Shown here: positions 29,360 to 39,997 of the stretch, in pieces | Layout: every line of letters begins with the position of its first letter | How positions within the stretch are numbered: position 1 is the first letter of the stretch | Assembly (NCBI GenBank): GCA_046116545.1 | Contig: CP175956.1 | Span: 641,734 to 705,733 of the forward strand | Direction of reading: 5' to 3' | Origin: Candidatus Moraniibacteriota bacterium | Lineage (GTDB): Bacteria > Patescibacteriota > Minisyncoccia > Moranbacterales > GCA-2747515 | DNA length: 64,000 nucleotides | Program-made: the position numbers and the translations under genes | Notes under the pieces: generated by a model | Databases searched by the model: none | Told to the model about the DNA's origin: nothing | The model's input: the letters and a program-made list of their open reading frames with translations, nothing else

Positions 29360-30289
29360 ATGGACAATTGTTTAGTTGATACCAGCGAAGTAATCGGATT
29401 ACCATGTCTCAGTAAAGGAAAAGTTCGAGATAGCTATGGAATTCCTGGACACCCTGACAAGTTATTACTTGTAGCCTCTGACAGGATATCTGCATATGAT
29501 GTTGTTATGAATGAAGGTGTGCCTGGGAAAGGAGCAGTTTTGACACAGATGTCACTGTTGTGGTTTAATGTTCTGAATGACATCCCAAATCATTTAATTA
29601 CAGCTGATGTTGCTGAATATCCAGAAGCATGTAAGCCTTTTGCTAAATATCTTGAAGGCAGGAGCATGCTTGTTAAAAAACTTGAAATGCTTCCCATCGA
29701 ATGCATTGTGCGAGGTAGAATGACAGGGTCTTATTGGAAAGCATATAAAGAGGCCCCAGTAAAACGCACAGAATCAGAATATGCTTCATCAAAAGAAGTA
29801 TGTGGTTTCTCTTTTGAAACAAATATGCGTGAAAATGCTGTTATAAATCCAGCATTATTTACTCCTAGTACAAAGGCTGAACAGGGATTACACGATGAAA
29901 ACATCTCCCTCGAGAAGATGCGTGAATTACTGGATGAGGGCTTGGCTGATAAGGTAGCGCAAGTGAGTTTGCAACTGTACACAAGGGCAGTTGATTATGC
30001 GAATGAGCGTGGGATTGTTATCGCTGATACAAAATTTGAGCTTGGTATTGATCCTGAGGGTAATTTGTGTCTTGGCGATGAAGTCTTAACTCCTGATTCA
30101 TCAAGATTCTGGCCAAAAGATAAAGTTGAGTTGGACAAAACACCTCCCAGTTTAGATAAGCAGTTCTTACGTGATTATCTCACAGAAACTGATTGGGATA
30201 AGAAATCAAAACCACCGACTATTCCTACGCATATAATTGAACAAACTAGTGCAAAATATCAAGAAGCAATGTTAATGCTTGCACTGTAA
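29360..30289 (+). CDS. purC: phosphoribosylaminoimidazole-succinocarboxamide synthase (SAICAR synthetase), long form
   Basis: GKVRDSY...LLLVASDRISAYD motif typical of PurC. Confidence 0.85.
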   Translation: MDNCLVDTSEVIGLPCLSKGKVRDSYGIPGHPDKLLLVASDRISAYDVVMNEGVPGKGAVLTQMSLLWFNVLNDIPNHLITADVAEYPEACKPFAKYLEGRSMLVKKLEMLPIECIVRGRMTGSYWKAYKEAPVKRTESEYASSKEVCGFSFETNMRENAVINPALFTPSTKAEQGLHDENISLEKMRELLDEGLADKVAQVSLQLYTRAVDYANERGIVIADTKFELGIDPEGNLCLGDEVLTPDSSRFWPKDKVELDKTPPSLDKQFLRDYLTETDWDKKSKPPTIPTHIIEQTSAKYQEAMLMLAL

Positions 30290-30356
30290 TTAATAACATA
30301 TACTAAAATCAAAAAAGACATCTTACAAAATTGTAAGATGTCTTTTAATTCAAATT

Positions 30357-31199
30357 TTATTTTTCTGTAGAATATCCATATTCTTTCCATGCTTTAAAAC
30401 CACCATTAATGGTTTTTGCTCCTGAAATTCCTAAATCATATAATAAGACACTTGATTCAAAACTAGTATCCTCATCAGCTCCATAAATATAAACTTTCTT
30501 TGTACTAGGTATATCGTTACTTAACATTTCTAAATCATCAAAAGGTATATTTATCGAATTTGGTACATGTTCTTTTTCATAATTACCTGATCTACGCGTA
30601 TCAATAATAAATATATTTTTTAATTCTTCTTCATTTTCAAGTAAGGCATTTAAATCTCGGGGTTCTACTAAAGATATTTTACTTTGATTTTCAAAACTTT
30701 TTTCAATAGTAGATTTAATTAGATTAAAATGTTCTTTTTCCCATGCTAATATACCTCCAGATAAATTATAAATAATACTTGAACTGGGTAAATCTCGATA
30801 TAAATCAATCATTGAACTTTCATCGCCAGAGTTACTAATTAGCACAATTGTTTTTGCAATATCTTGATTATCTATAGCAGTAATATGGATGCTTCCTTTT
30901 ATATGTCCTTTAGTAAAGTCATCTTTTGACCTAGTATCTATTACTAACAAATCATCTGAAGAAAATATTTTTTGTTGTAAGTTAAGTGGAGTGATTGTTT
31001 TTATTGTAGCTTCTTTTATATCCTCTAATTCTTGAAATGTTTCTGAAGTCTTTTGGGAGTCTTTTTCTAATTGTTCTATTTCTTGCTTGATAACATCCGA
31101 TTCTTTCTTTATTGAAGTATATTTAGTTACAGTCCATATCAATATAAATATTATTACAAATATGATTGCTATCAATATATTTTTATCTTTTTGTTTCAT
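30357..31199 (-). CDS. membrane-anchored tandem rhodanese-domain protein
   Basis: N-terminal TM and coiled coil, two rhodanese-like segments (LLVIDTRSKDDFTKGHIKGSIHI; IFIIDTRRSGNYEKEHVPNSINIPF). Confidence 0.65.
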   Translation of the reverse strand: MKQKDKNILIAIIFVIIFILIWTVTKYTSIKKESDVIKQEIEQLEKDSQKTSETFQELEDIKEATIKTITPLNLQQKIFSSDDLLVIDTRSKDDFTKGHIKGSIHITAIDNQDIAKTIVLISNSGDESSMIDLYRDLPSSSIIYNLSGGILAWEKEHFNLIKSTIEKSFENQSKISLVEPRDLNALLENEEELKNIFIIDTRRSGNYEKEHVPNSINIPFDDLEMLSNDIPSTKKVYIYGADEDTSFESSVLLYDLGISGAKTINGGFKAWKEYGYSTEK

Positions 31200-31214
31200 T
31201 TATGTAATAGTTAT

Positions 31215-32399
31215 TTATTTTAAAATAGCTCCTTCAAAGGTTTTATGTCCATTTAAGAAGTCATATACTGGCATAACTGTCTTACATTCAGGCTGTACAG
31301 CTTCTACTATAATAGCTCCATCAAATGTTTTTATGCACAGTTGATCATGACCTATAAACACTGTTCCAGCGGTCATTTGTTGTTGTTCTGGAGTCAGTTC
31401 AGTAGAAACTGGATAAATTGCACGTAACTTTATTCGCATCAATTGATTTTCAGTTTCTTCCCAATAACTAAAGATTCCAGGCCAAGGATACATCGCTCTA
31501 TATCTATTATAAATTTCTTCCGTTGTTAAAGTCCATTGAATATGTCCATCTTCTCTATCTATCAATTGACACATGGTTGCCTTTGAATTGTCTTGTGGTG
31601 TTGCGGTTATAGAACCATCTATCAATTTTGGAGCTGTTTTCACAATCAAATCAGCTGCAATTTTTGATAGCCTTGCTAATAATTCATCTGCTTTTTCATG
31701 TTCTTTTATATCAGTTTTTTCTTGTATAATTATATCTCCAGTATCCATTCCTTCATCCATTTTCATTATAGTAACTCCAGTTTCTTTTAATCCAAGCAGT
31801 AAAGCATTCTGAACCGGAGATGCTCCTCGTAATTTTGGAAGAAGGGAAGTGTGCGCATTAAAAACTCCTATTTTTGGAATATCTAAAATTTCTTTTGGCA
31901 AAATTTTGCCATAAGATGCAACCATTATTGCATCAGGGTTTAATTTCTTAATTCTAGTAATGGCAGTAGTATCTAGTTTATTTGGTTGAAATAGGTTTAT
32001 CTCATGCTTTACGGCAATATCTCGAACTGGATTGTCTGCAAGAGTTCTATGTATGCTTGATTTTTTACGTCCGATTTTTTTATCAGGTTGTGTCATTACT
32101 TCAACAATGTTGGCTTCACCATGTTTAAGGATTTCATCTAAGATATGTCCAGCGAATTTACCTGTTCCCATAAATAGTACCTTAGTTGATTCTACATCAT
32201 TGGGATTAACCGTATCTTCGTTAGCATTAATTTGTGTTTGTGCTTCCTCTGATTTTGCAGATGTTACTGTAGCAGTATTTTTTTTAGATTCTGGGTTATC
32301 TTTTTTTTGTGCAACATCTATATGAGACTCCTTTGTTTGGTCGTCTACATCAATATGTTTTGTTTTTGATACTATTTTTATTCCTTCTATTTTATTCAT
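31215..32399 (-). CDS. fmt: methionyl-tRNA formyltransferase, with low-complexity N-terminal extension or mis-set start
   Basis: VLFMGTGKFAGHIL formyltransferase N-domain, HxSLLPxxRG, C-terminal Fmt domain; first 70 aa are polar and low-complexity, so the true start may be a non-ATG codon near 32190. Confidence 0.85.
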   Translation of the reverse strand: MNKIEGIKIVSKTKHIDVDDQTKESHIDVAQKKDNPESKKNTATVTSAKSEEAQTQINANEDTVNPNDVESTKVLFMGTGKFAGHILDEILKHGEANIVEVMTQPDKKIGRKKSSIHRTLADNPVRDIAVKHEINLFQPNKLDTTAITRIKKLNPDAIMVASYGKILPKEILDIPKIGVFNAHTSLLPKLRGASPVQNALLLGLKETGVTIMKMDEGMDTGDIIIQEKTDIKEHEKADELLARLSKIAADLIVKTAPKLIDGSITATPQDNSKATMCQLIDREDGHIQWTLTTEEIYNRYRAMYPWPGIFSYWEETENQLMRIKLRAIYPVSTELTPEQQQMTAGTVFIGHDQLCIKTFDGAIIVEAVQPECKTVMPVYDFLNGHKTFEGAILK

Positions 32400-32403
32400 A
32401 TTA

Positions 32404-32904
32404 TTACGTAATATTTAATGATTCCCTTAATTCTTTTTGTTGCTCAAATCTATCTGTCATAAGTAAACCATTGATGTGATCAATTTCATGCTGACAAACA
32501 ATTGATAAAAAATCACGAGCTTTTAATATACATGGATTTCCATCTCTATCAGTATACTGCACTGTTACTTTTTTATGTCGTATAATTTGTAATTCTTTAC
32601 CAGGCACACTCAGGCAACCTTCTGGAAATATAACCATATCGTCAGATTGATTTGTTATTTTTGGATTTATAAAAACAAATTTATCACCCTCCGCATCAAT
32701 TGTTACTATTTGTTTTGATTCATTTACTTGTGGAGCAGCAAGTCCAACACCTTTTTCTGCGTACATTGTTTCAAACATTTTATCAATTAATGTTTGTGTT
32801 TCTTCACAAACAACATTAGAAATAGCCTCAGCCTGTTGGTTGAGGATAGCGTCTCCAATATGGGTAATATTCAAATTATCACTTTTTTTCTTATGTCTTA
32901 ACAT
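32404..32904 (-). CDS. def: peptide deformylase
   Basis: EGCLSVPG and HEIDHLNG-like QHEIDHINGLL motifs. Confidence 0.9.
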   Translation of the reverse strand: MLRHKKKSDNLNITHIGDAILNQQAEAISNVVCEETQTLIDKMFETMYAEKGVGLAAPQVNESKQIVTIDAEGDKFVFINPKITNQSDDMVIFPEGCLSVPGKELQIIRHKKVTVQYTDRDGNPCILKARDFLSIVCQHEIDHINGLLMTDRFEQQKELRESLNIT

Positions 32905-32982
32905 AAGTATATTATGCTTGATTTATGATAAAAGGTCAAAAAAATATGATATACTATAAATTGTAATTTTAAAGATATATTT

Positions 32983-33408
32983 ATGAGAAATATAAGTAAG
33001 ACTAGACGAAGTAAAAAGGTTAGATTAACAGTTATTATAATACTTCTTATTATTGCTGGCATCATGTTTGTTATGTGGGAAAAAGCCCGTATCGGAGCAC
33101 TGATTGCAATTGTCGCTCTTTTAGCAGCATTGGGCATGGAAGCAACAGAAAATGATTATGATTTGGGCAAGATGATTGAAACAGGCTCATTCAGTGAAGC
33201 AAAGATACAGCGAGATGAAAGTGGAAATCTCATAATAGGCGCTATGTGTAACTCTGGAGATACCCATAATTATAATTGTGCTGATTTTACTACACAAGAA
33301 GAAGCACAATCAGTTTATGAAAAATGTTTAGAAAATGGAAATGATGTACATGGACTTGATGGCAATAATGATGGAGTAGCATGTCAGAGTTTGCCACAAC
33401 GAAAGTGA
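32983..33408 (+). CDS. membrane-anchored Excalibur calcium-binding domain protein
   Basis: C-terminal [17 protein letters not shown]...[12 protein letters not shown] matches the Excalibur motif. Confidence 0.7.
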   Translation: MRNISKTRRSKKVRLTVIIILLIIAGIMFVMWEKARIGALIAIVALLAALGMEATENDYDLGKMIETGSFSEAKIQRDESGNLIIGAMCNSGDTHNYNCADFTTQEEAQSVYEKCLENGNDVHGLDGNNDGVACQSLPQRK

Positions 33409-33463
33409 TTGCAAAAAACATAATTGTAAGGTAACGTAAAAGTATTATTAGTAAAGTGAATTT

Positions 33464-34123
33464 ATGCAACAATCATTATCGCAATTTTTTGCAAAAGTAT
33501 ATGGATGGACATTTTTAGGGTTAGTTGTTTCTGGAGTAGCTGCTTTGTGGATTAATTCAATGCCAGGAGTACAGTTAAAGCTATATACAAATGGATGGAT
33601 TATGTTTGGACTAATTATTTTTGAACTGTTTCTTGTAGTATGGCTTGTTGCTAGACTTGATAAAATGTCAGCAGGTATGGCTAATGGATTTTATTTTTTC
33701 TTTGCAGCATTGAATGGTGTCACATTATCTGTAATATTTGTAGCTTATGATATAGGCACTATTGCAATAGCATTTTTTACAGCAGCGGTAATGTTCATTG
33801 TAATGAGTATAATTGGGATGTTTACAAAAGTAGATTTGTCAAAAATGGGTGGAATATTATTAATGGGACTTATTGGTGTAATATTAGCCTCAATTATTAA
33901 TATGTTCATGCAAAGTTCAATATTTGATTTCGTAATATCCATTATTACCGTAATTATATTTACTCTGCTAACAGCTTATGATACACAAAAACTCAAGAAA
34001 TATCATGCACAAGCTGGAGATAATAAAGAGGCAAATAGCAAAGCAGCTCTAATGGGGGCACTTGCACTTTATCTTGATTTTATAAATATGTTCCTAGCCT
34101 TGCTTCGCATTTTCGGACGTTAA
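33464..34123 (+). CDS. Bax inhibitor-1/YccA (TMBIM) family membrane protein
   Basis: 7-TM pattern and typical length with characteristic C-terminal region. Confidence 0.8.
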   Translation: MQQSLSQFFAKVYGWTFLGLVVSGVAALWINSMPGVQLKLYTNGWIMFGLIIFELFLVVWLVARLDKMSAGMANGFYFFFAALNGVTLSVIFVAYDIGTIAIAFFTAAVMFIVMSIIGMFTKVDLSKMGGILLMGLIGVILASIINMFMQSSIFDFVISIITVIIFTLLTAYDTQKLKKYHAQAGDNKEANSKAALMGALALYLDFINMFLALLRIFGR

Positions 34124-34158
34124 AAAATGTGATTTTATAAATAGCATTATTATCATCA

Positions 34159-34192
34159 TAAGAACAGGCCTCGAGCCTGTTCTTATTTTTAT
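34159..34192. terminator. bidirectional terminator
   Basis: ataagaacaggcctcgagcctgttcttat followed by ttttat. Confidence 0.8.
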
Positions 34193-36153
34193 ACAGTATT
34201 TACTGGATCAATATCTATTGTCCATTTTGTATTTTGAGTTACTAAAAAATTAGTTAAAGTTACAGATAATACATCTCCTTTTATTTTTATAATGATTTGT
34301 TTGCGATACTTATTCCTAACTTTATTTACAAGAGGCTGATATGGTTCTGATAAGATTATATTTTTGTCATCTTTACACAACTCAGTTAATTCTACATGTT
34401 TGTCATCAACTATTTTTTCAACTTCTTTTTTTGTAATATCTTGATACATTAATTTTACGAGTTTTATGTATGGAGGGTATTTTAATATTTTGCGCAATCC
34501 TAGTTCATCATCATAAAATTCTTCAAAATTGTATTTACTAGCATATTGTACAGTTGGATCTTCAGGTTGAAATGTTTGAACTATCAATTTACCCTTACCA
34601 ACTCTCATAGCCATTTGAACAATAAATGAAAAAGCTTTTTCATTCACGTCATAACTAGGCATACTCAAAAGATGATCCATATCAATAATGGCACTTACTG
34701 CTATATTGCTACTACTCCATCCTTTTGTGATCATTTGTGAGCCTATAACTATATCAATTTTTCCGTCACTGAAATCTTTGTATAATTTGTTGTGTGCTCC
34801 AGATTTTTTCATTGTTGAGCTATCTGCTATTACAACATTTGCTTTAGGAAAAAGTTTTTTTAATTCTCTTTGAATACGCTGGGTTCCTATGCCTATATGT
34901 TCAATAGGTGCTTTGCAGGATGAACATTTTGCACTAGTTTTTTGAGTATAGTTACAATGTAAACATTTATACTCTCGTGCATCAGTATTTACTAAGGCAC
35001 GAGTACAAGTTGGACATTTTGAAACAGTTCTACATTTTGAACAAACAGAAAAAGCACTTACTCCCTGTCTATTCACAAAAAGGAGGGATTGCTTTTTATC
35101 TTTCAATGCAAATCGCAATCGTGACATCAACTCTCTGGAAAGTGGGGATTTATTTTTATCCCATCTTTCTTTTTTCATATCAATTACTTCGATAGTAGGC
35201 TTATTAGATTTAACAAAAGATATAAATTCCGTGTCAGTTTTTGGATTGTCTTTGTGATAGTAATCCACTGTACGTGGTGTGGCTGATGTAAGTATATGAG
35301 GACAAGTAAATTCTTTTGCTAGAGCTTTCGAAGTGGTCCTAGCATCAAAGAGAGGATTGTGTTCCCATTGTTTGTGACTCATATCATGTGCTTCATCTAC
35401 AACAACTAGTTTTAAATCTTTGAACGGTGCAAAAAGTGCGATTCGAGTTCCTATTATGAGTTTGATTTTGCCTGATTTAATATCACGCCATTTTTTATAA
35501 AATTCACCTTTACCAAGTTTACTATGCATAACAGCAATTTCTTCAGATTTAAAAAAATGATAAATGAAAGCAGTGAAGTAAGGTGTCTGCATAAGTTCAG
35601 GCAGTAAATATAATATCTGACCATCTGTATTTTGAATTATTTTTTGTATAAGTGAAAAAAGAATTGAAAATTTATCAGTTGGATTAGTAATATGTAAAAA
35701 ATATTGTGTGGACTTCTTTGTAGAACACTCTAAAATCTGTGTTATGATTTCTTCTTGTTCAGGAGATGTTACGATTTTCTTTTGTTTTATTTTTTTGTGC
35801 ACAATTGAACCACGCATCTGCACTCGCTTAGGTAAAAAATGTTTCAAAACTACACCGATAGGGGATAGATAATAAGAAGAAATAAATTCAGCAAGCCCTA
35901 GTTGTTCTTCTGTGAGAAAATCCTTTTCAATAACTTTTGAAATTCTCCTTAATTGAAAGTTACTTTCTCTAGGAAAGTCCATAGAACACTTTGTAACAAC
36001 ACCTTCAACTCTACGCCTACCAATAGGCACTTCAACTAAAGTTCCCACAGACAACTCACTTTCATAAATATAAAAAAACGACTGATCTTTAGCCAGTGAT
36101 ATACGAGTGAGCGGAGCAACTGAAATTAAATATTTAGTATCATTTTTTTGCAT
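34189..36153 (-). CDS. priA: primosomal protein N' (replication restart helicase PriA)
   Basis: Walker motifs, DEAH box (VVDEAHD), Cys-rich zinc-binding insertion (CSKC...CPTC...CLHC...CSSC); start set at MQKNDTKYL. Confidence 0.85.
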   Translation of the reverse strand: MQKNDTKYLISVAPLTRISLAKDQSFFYIYESELSVGTLVEVPIGRRRVEGVVTKCSMDFPRESNFQLRRISKVIEKDFLTEEQLGLAEFISSYYLSPIGVVLKHFLPKRVQMRGSIVHKKIKQKKIVTSPEQEEIITQILECSTKKSTQYFLHITNPTDKFSILFSLIQKIIQNTDGQILYLLPELMQTPYFTAFIYHFFKSEEIAVMHSKLGKGEFYKKWRDIKSGKIKLIIGTRIALFAPFKDLKLVVVDEAHDMSHKQWEHNPLFDARTTSKALAKEFTCPHILTSATPRTVDYYHKDNPKTDTEFISFVKSNKPTIEVIDMKKERWDKNKSPLSRELMSRLRFALKDKKQSLLFVNRQGVSAFSVCSKCRTVSKCPTCTRALVNTDAREYKCLHCNYTQKTSAKCSSCKAPIEHIGIGTQRIQRELKKLFPKANVVIADSSTMKKSGAHNKLYKDFSDGKIDIVIGSQMITKGWSSSNIAVSAIIDMDHLLSMPSYDVNEKAFSFIVQMAMRVGKGKLIVQTFQPEDPTVQYASKYNFEEFYDDELGLRKILKYPPYIKLVKLMYQDITKKEVEKIVDDKHVELTELCKDDKNIILSEPYQPLVNKVRNKYRKQIIIKIKGDVLSVTLTNFLVTQNTKWTIDIDPVNTV

Positions 36154-36534
36154 GCATGTATTGTAACATAATAAAAACGCCAGTATCAAATTAATGATCC
36201 TGGCGTGGTACTGGAAGATTTCACCCACATGTCAATGTTTCATTGAGCATTCTTTCTAAATAGAAAGTCTTCTGAACATGTCCGAATATTTATGTCAGTG
36301 TCATCGGATCACCGAGTCTCACTTGAAGCGAAGACTAAACTTACTCTATATCACAGCATGAGCATACCTCCGTTGTCGTAAAGTTTTTTTCATTATAATA
36401 CACTACTATTTCTTAGATATGTTTATTAAACTTTAACATATAATAATAGCATGAAATATTACTATTGTCAAGCGTTGTTTTTTACTTAAAAATAGCGTAG
36501 TATAGTAGTTAATTGATTAGTTTTACTAAAATTT

Positions 36535-37092
36535 ATGCAAAGAAAAGTATTTATCGGAATTGATTTGGATCCACATGTAAAAACCATGCTTGTTAAAGCT
36601 GTTAGTAAATGGCACAACATGCCTATTAAATGGCACAAAGAGGAGAGTCTTCATATTTCACTTATTCCTATTGGATGGGTGAATGAAGATGATGTATTTG
36701 AGATATCAGATGCTATAGAGGCAGTCACAACTGATATGAGTAATTTTGATATAGTATTTAATGAGATAGTTACTATTTCAAAAGATGACTCTAGTAATGC
36801 AAAAGATGCTCAATTAGTTCGTTTAGAAGGAGATGATAGTGATAATATGCGAATGCTGTTTGAAAAACTTGAAGATGAATTAGGTATGCCAGTTATAAAA
36901 AAGAAGCATTTTAAACCATTAGTTACACTTGGGAGAATGCGAGCAAAGAAGTGGCAAGAGCTTGAAGAGTTTCCAAATATTAATGTAGACTTTCCGATGA
37001 CGATGGATGTATTTAACATTACGCTTTTTGAAACTGTTCAAGTTGATGGGAAATGGGTAGTTGAACCAGTTAATGTATTTGAGTTGAAATAA
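36535..37092 (+). CDS. 2H phosphoesterase (LigT-like) family protein, second H-x-T/S motif degenerate
   Basis: LHISLIP first HxS motif; second motif region PLVTLGRM lacks His. Confidence 0.45.
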   Translation: MQRKVFIGIDLDPHVKTMLVKAVSKWHNMPIKWHKEESLHISLIPIGWVNEDDVFEISDAIEAVTTDMSNFDIVFNEIVTISKDDSSNAKDAQLVRLEGDDSDNMRMLFEKLEDELGMPVIKKKHFKPLVTLGRMRAKKWQELEEFPNINVDFPMTMDVFNITLFETVQVDGKWVVEPVNVFELK

Positions 37093-37133
37093 TTTTTTTT
37101 TGATATAATATAAGAGTATACCTTCATGGGCAA

Positions 37134-37165
37134 GGTCCAACCTAGGGTCGACCCTAGGTTGGACC
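37134..37165. promoter_or_regulatory. perfect 32-bp palindrome GGTCCAACCTAGGGTC|GACCCTAGGTTGGACC
   Basis: Exact 16+16 inverted repeat, GC-rich, between TTGATATAATAT promoter-like sequence and the start codon at 37175. Confidence 0.8.
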
Positions 37166-37174
37166 TTTAGTAAA

Positions 37175-37975
37175 ATGACTACAAATTTGCAAACTTACAT
37201 TTTTGGCACACGTATTGACAATCTTTCAAAGAATGAAATTCTGAGTGAAATGAGAGTTTTTTTAAGTAATAAAAAATTACAACACGTTACAACCTTAAAT
37301 CCTGAAATTTTACTTAAAGCACATAAAGATAAGAATTTTCGAGCAGTTCTAAATAAAGCTGAATTAAATGTTGCAGATGGTATTGGTATAAAATTTGCAT
37401 TTTGGCGTTATGGAGAACATCTTAAAGCTAGGTATTCGGGCATTGATTTAATGTGGGATATTTTAGATATTTCAAATGAGCAAAATTTAGGCATTTATCT
37501 AATAGCCAATGAAGATGGCTTAAGTACATGGCAAGAAACAAGAAAAGCTATTCAAAAAAAATATCCAGATTTAAAAATTAATGGAATTGATGTGTGTTGT
37601 CATCCTGAACTTGATTCAGGATCTAATGCAACAAAAAATAATTATACAATAGAAATATTGAATCAAATTCAGGATGACATATGTCAGAATGATATTCTAT
37701 TTGTGAACTTAGGAGCTCCACATCAAGAACTATTAATAAATAGACTAAGGAACTCCAAAAGTACATCTTTGCGGTTAGGTATCGGAGTTGGAGGGTCCTT
37801 TGATTACATTACAGGCAAGGTGCCTAGAGCACCTAAAATAATGCGCTATATTGGCTTTGAGTGGTTATATAGATTATTTAAACAGCCTAATAGATTCAAA
37901 CGCATAATGGATGCTGTTATAGTTTTCCCAATAGTTGTTTTATTTACCAGCGAGGATGGACAAGTGCCTAAATAA
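37175..37975 (+). CDS. WecB/TagA/CpsF family glycosyltransferase
   Basis: IFGTRIDNLSKNEIL...VTTLNPEILLKA...VADGIGI pattern of the WecB/TagA family. Confidence 0.75.
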   Translation: MTTNLQTYIFGTRIDNLSKNEILSEMRVFLSNKKLQHVTTLNPEILLKAHKDKNFRAVLNKAELNVADGIGIKFAFWRYGEHLKARYSGIDLMWDILDISNEQNLGIYLIANEDGLSTWQETRKAIQKKYPDLKINGIDVCCHPELDSGSNATKNNYTIEILNQIQDDICQNDILFVNLGAPHQELLINRLRNSKSTSLRLGIGVGGSFDYITGKVPRAPKIMRYIGFEWLYRLFKQPNRFKRIMDAVIVFPIVVLFTSEDGQVPK

Positions 37976-38054
37976 ATGTTATATTTTGGTGTATTGGTTT
38001 AAATTAAATAAGCAACCTTTGCTTCAATGAAACATTGGTGAAACGAGTAATAAT

Positions 38055-38480
38055 ATGGAGCATTTGAAGAAAAAAAATTATATAAATAATATCATTTCAA
38101 TACCTTTTATTGTACTTTTGATTATACCTTTTGTGTTTTTGGATTTATGTGTAGAAATTTATCATAGAATTTGTTTTCCACTGTACGGAATTAAAATTGT
38201 AAATCGTTCAAAATATATTATATTAGATAGATATAAATTAGATTATTTAACTGGAGTTCAAAAAAGCAACTGCGCTTATTGTGAATACATCAATGGTCTT
38301 TTGAAATATGTAACAGAAATTGGAGCACGTACAGAAAAATATTGGTGTGCTATAAAACATAGTAAAAAAGATGGTGTTTACCCAGATCATCATAAAGATT
38401 TTTTAGAATATGGTGATGTTACTACATTTAGCAAAGAATATAAGCAAGAATTAACAAATTTAGAAAATAAACATGAATAA
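38055..38480 (+). CDS. hypothetical membrane protein
   Basis: 141 aa, one or two TM helices, Cys/His-containing C-terminal region. Confidence 0.4.
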   Translation: MEHLKKKNYINNIISIPFIVLLIIPFVFLDLCVEIYHRICFPLYGIKIVNRSKYIILDRYKLDYLTGVQKSNCAYCEYINGLLKYVTEIGARTEKYWCAIKHSKKDGVYPDHHKDFLEYGDVTTFSKEYKQELTNLENKHE

Positions 38481-39963
38481 TAAAGATGTAAGAGTACGAT
38501 TTGCACCATCACCTACAGGAGAATTGCATATTGGTGCACTAAAAACTGCACTAATGGATTATTTATTTGCTCGCAAAAATGGTGGTGTTTTTGTATTACG
38601 TATTGAAGACACTGATCGTAAACGTCTTGTGGAAGGTGCTGTGGGTCGTTTTATCGAGATGCTTAATTGGTCTGGCATTGAAATTGACGAAGGTGTAACT
38701 GTAGCTGATTCTGGCATTGAAACAGAAATTGGTGATGCGGGTCCATATACGCAATCTAAACGAAAAGAAATTTATAAAACATATATAAACCAACTTCTTG
38801 AAGAAGAAAAAGCATATCATTGTTTTTGTAGTTCGCAAAGGTTACAAGAAATGCGTGAGATGCAGCAAGCACAAAAACTACCTCCAAAATATGACAGAAA
38901 ATGTATGTATTTGTCAGCAAAAGAAGTAACAGAAAGAATTGAATTAGGTGATGAGTATGTGGTAAGGTTTAAAATTCCAGAAGGAAAAACAACTTTTACT
39001 GATGCAGTTTACGGCAAAATTGAGGTAGAGAACGAAACATTGGATGATCAAGTAATTATGAAATCAGATGGATTACCAACATATCATTTGGCAGTTGTTG
39101 TGGATGATTATCTTATGAAAATCTCTCATATTTTCAGAGGTGCAGAGTGGCTTCCAAGTACGCCAAAACATGTTTTGCTTTATCAAGCACTTGGATGGGA
39201 AGAGAATATGCCAGAATTCTGTCATATGACAAACATCCTCAATAAGGACAAAAAGAAACTTTCTAAACGGGAAGGCAGTGTTTCTGTAGCTGATTTCCGC
39301 AGAGAAGGTTATCCTAAAGAAGCGATTATAAACTTTATTGCATTACTTGGATGGAATCCAAAAACTGAACAAGAAATCTTCACAATGGACGAATTAATTG
39401 AACAATTTGATATTGCAAAAATGAACAAGTCTGGTGGTGTGTTTGACTTGGATAGACTTGCATGGATAAGCAAAGAACATATAAAAAAGATGGATGTTGA
39501 TTATATTTATGATAATTCCATAGACTTTTTACAAGAAAAAAACTATTTCAAAGATGCTACTGATGATAAACAATCGGAAGCATATCTTAAAAAACTTATA
39601 ACAGTCGAGCAAGATAGACTTGAGAAATTTACTCAAATTGGACAAGAAAACCAATTCTTTTTTACGGACATTGTAACTAATAAAGAGTTGTTAAAATGGA
39701 AAGATAATTCTTTTGAAGACACAAAGGAAGTTTTAGAAAGAGCACAAGAAGTTTTAACTAAGATTGATGATAGTGATTGGACTCGTGAAAATTTAGAAAA
39801 ATTACTTATGGATGCAGCAGGGGATAAACGTGGAGATTTTCTTTGGCCACTTCGCAGTGCGTTAACAGGAGAAAAAAGATCTCCAAGTCCATTTGATTGC
39901 GCTTGGATATTTGGTAAGGATGAAACAATTAAACGAATTGAAATAGCATTGAAATTATTGTAA
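38473..39963 (+). CDS. gltX: glutamyl-tRNA synthetase
   Basis: RFAPSPTGELHIGALKTAL (HIGH motif) and KLSKR (KMSKS-like). Confidence 0.9.
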   Translation: MNNKDVRVRFAPSPTGELHIGALKTALMDYLFARKNGGVFVLRIEDTDRKRLVEGAVGRFIEMLNWSGIEIDEGVTVADSGIETEIGDAGPYTQSKRKEIYKTYINQLLEEEKAYHCFCSSQRLQEMREMQQAQKLPPKYDRKCMYLSAKEVTERIELGDEYVVRFKIPEGKTTFTDAVYGKIEVENETLDDQVIMKSDGLPTYHLAVVVDDYLMKISHIFRGAEWLPSTPKHVLLYQALGWEENMPEFCHMTNILNKDKKKLSKREGSVSVADFRREGYPKEAIINFIALLGWNPKTEQEIFTMDELIEQFDIAKMNKSGGVFDLDRLAWISKEHIKKMDVDYIYDNSIDFLQEKNYFKDATDDKQSEAYLKKLITVEQDRLEKFTQIGQENQFFFTDIVTNKELLKWKDNSFEDTKEVLERAQEVLTKIDDSDWTRENLEKLLMDAAGDKRGDFLWPLRSALTGEKRSPSPFDCAWIFGKDETIKRIEIALKLL

Positions 39964-39997
39964 TAGTATTTTAATATTTGCAGGGAGGTGAATATAC

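Noticed and set aside
36229-36534. Possible structured ncRNA (tmRNA, RNase P or SRP) in the 300-nt gap upstream of priA
   Set aside because: None of the conserved cores (tmRNA tag-coding region, RNase P P4 GGAAAGTCCGG, SRP AGGTCCGGAAGGAAGCAGC) could be found. Only promoter-like AT-rich sequence was seen.
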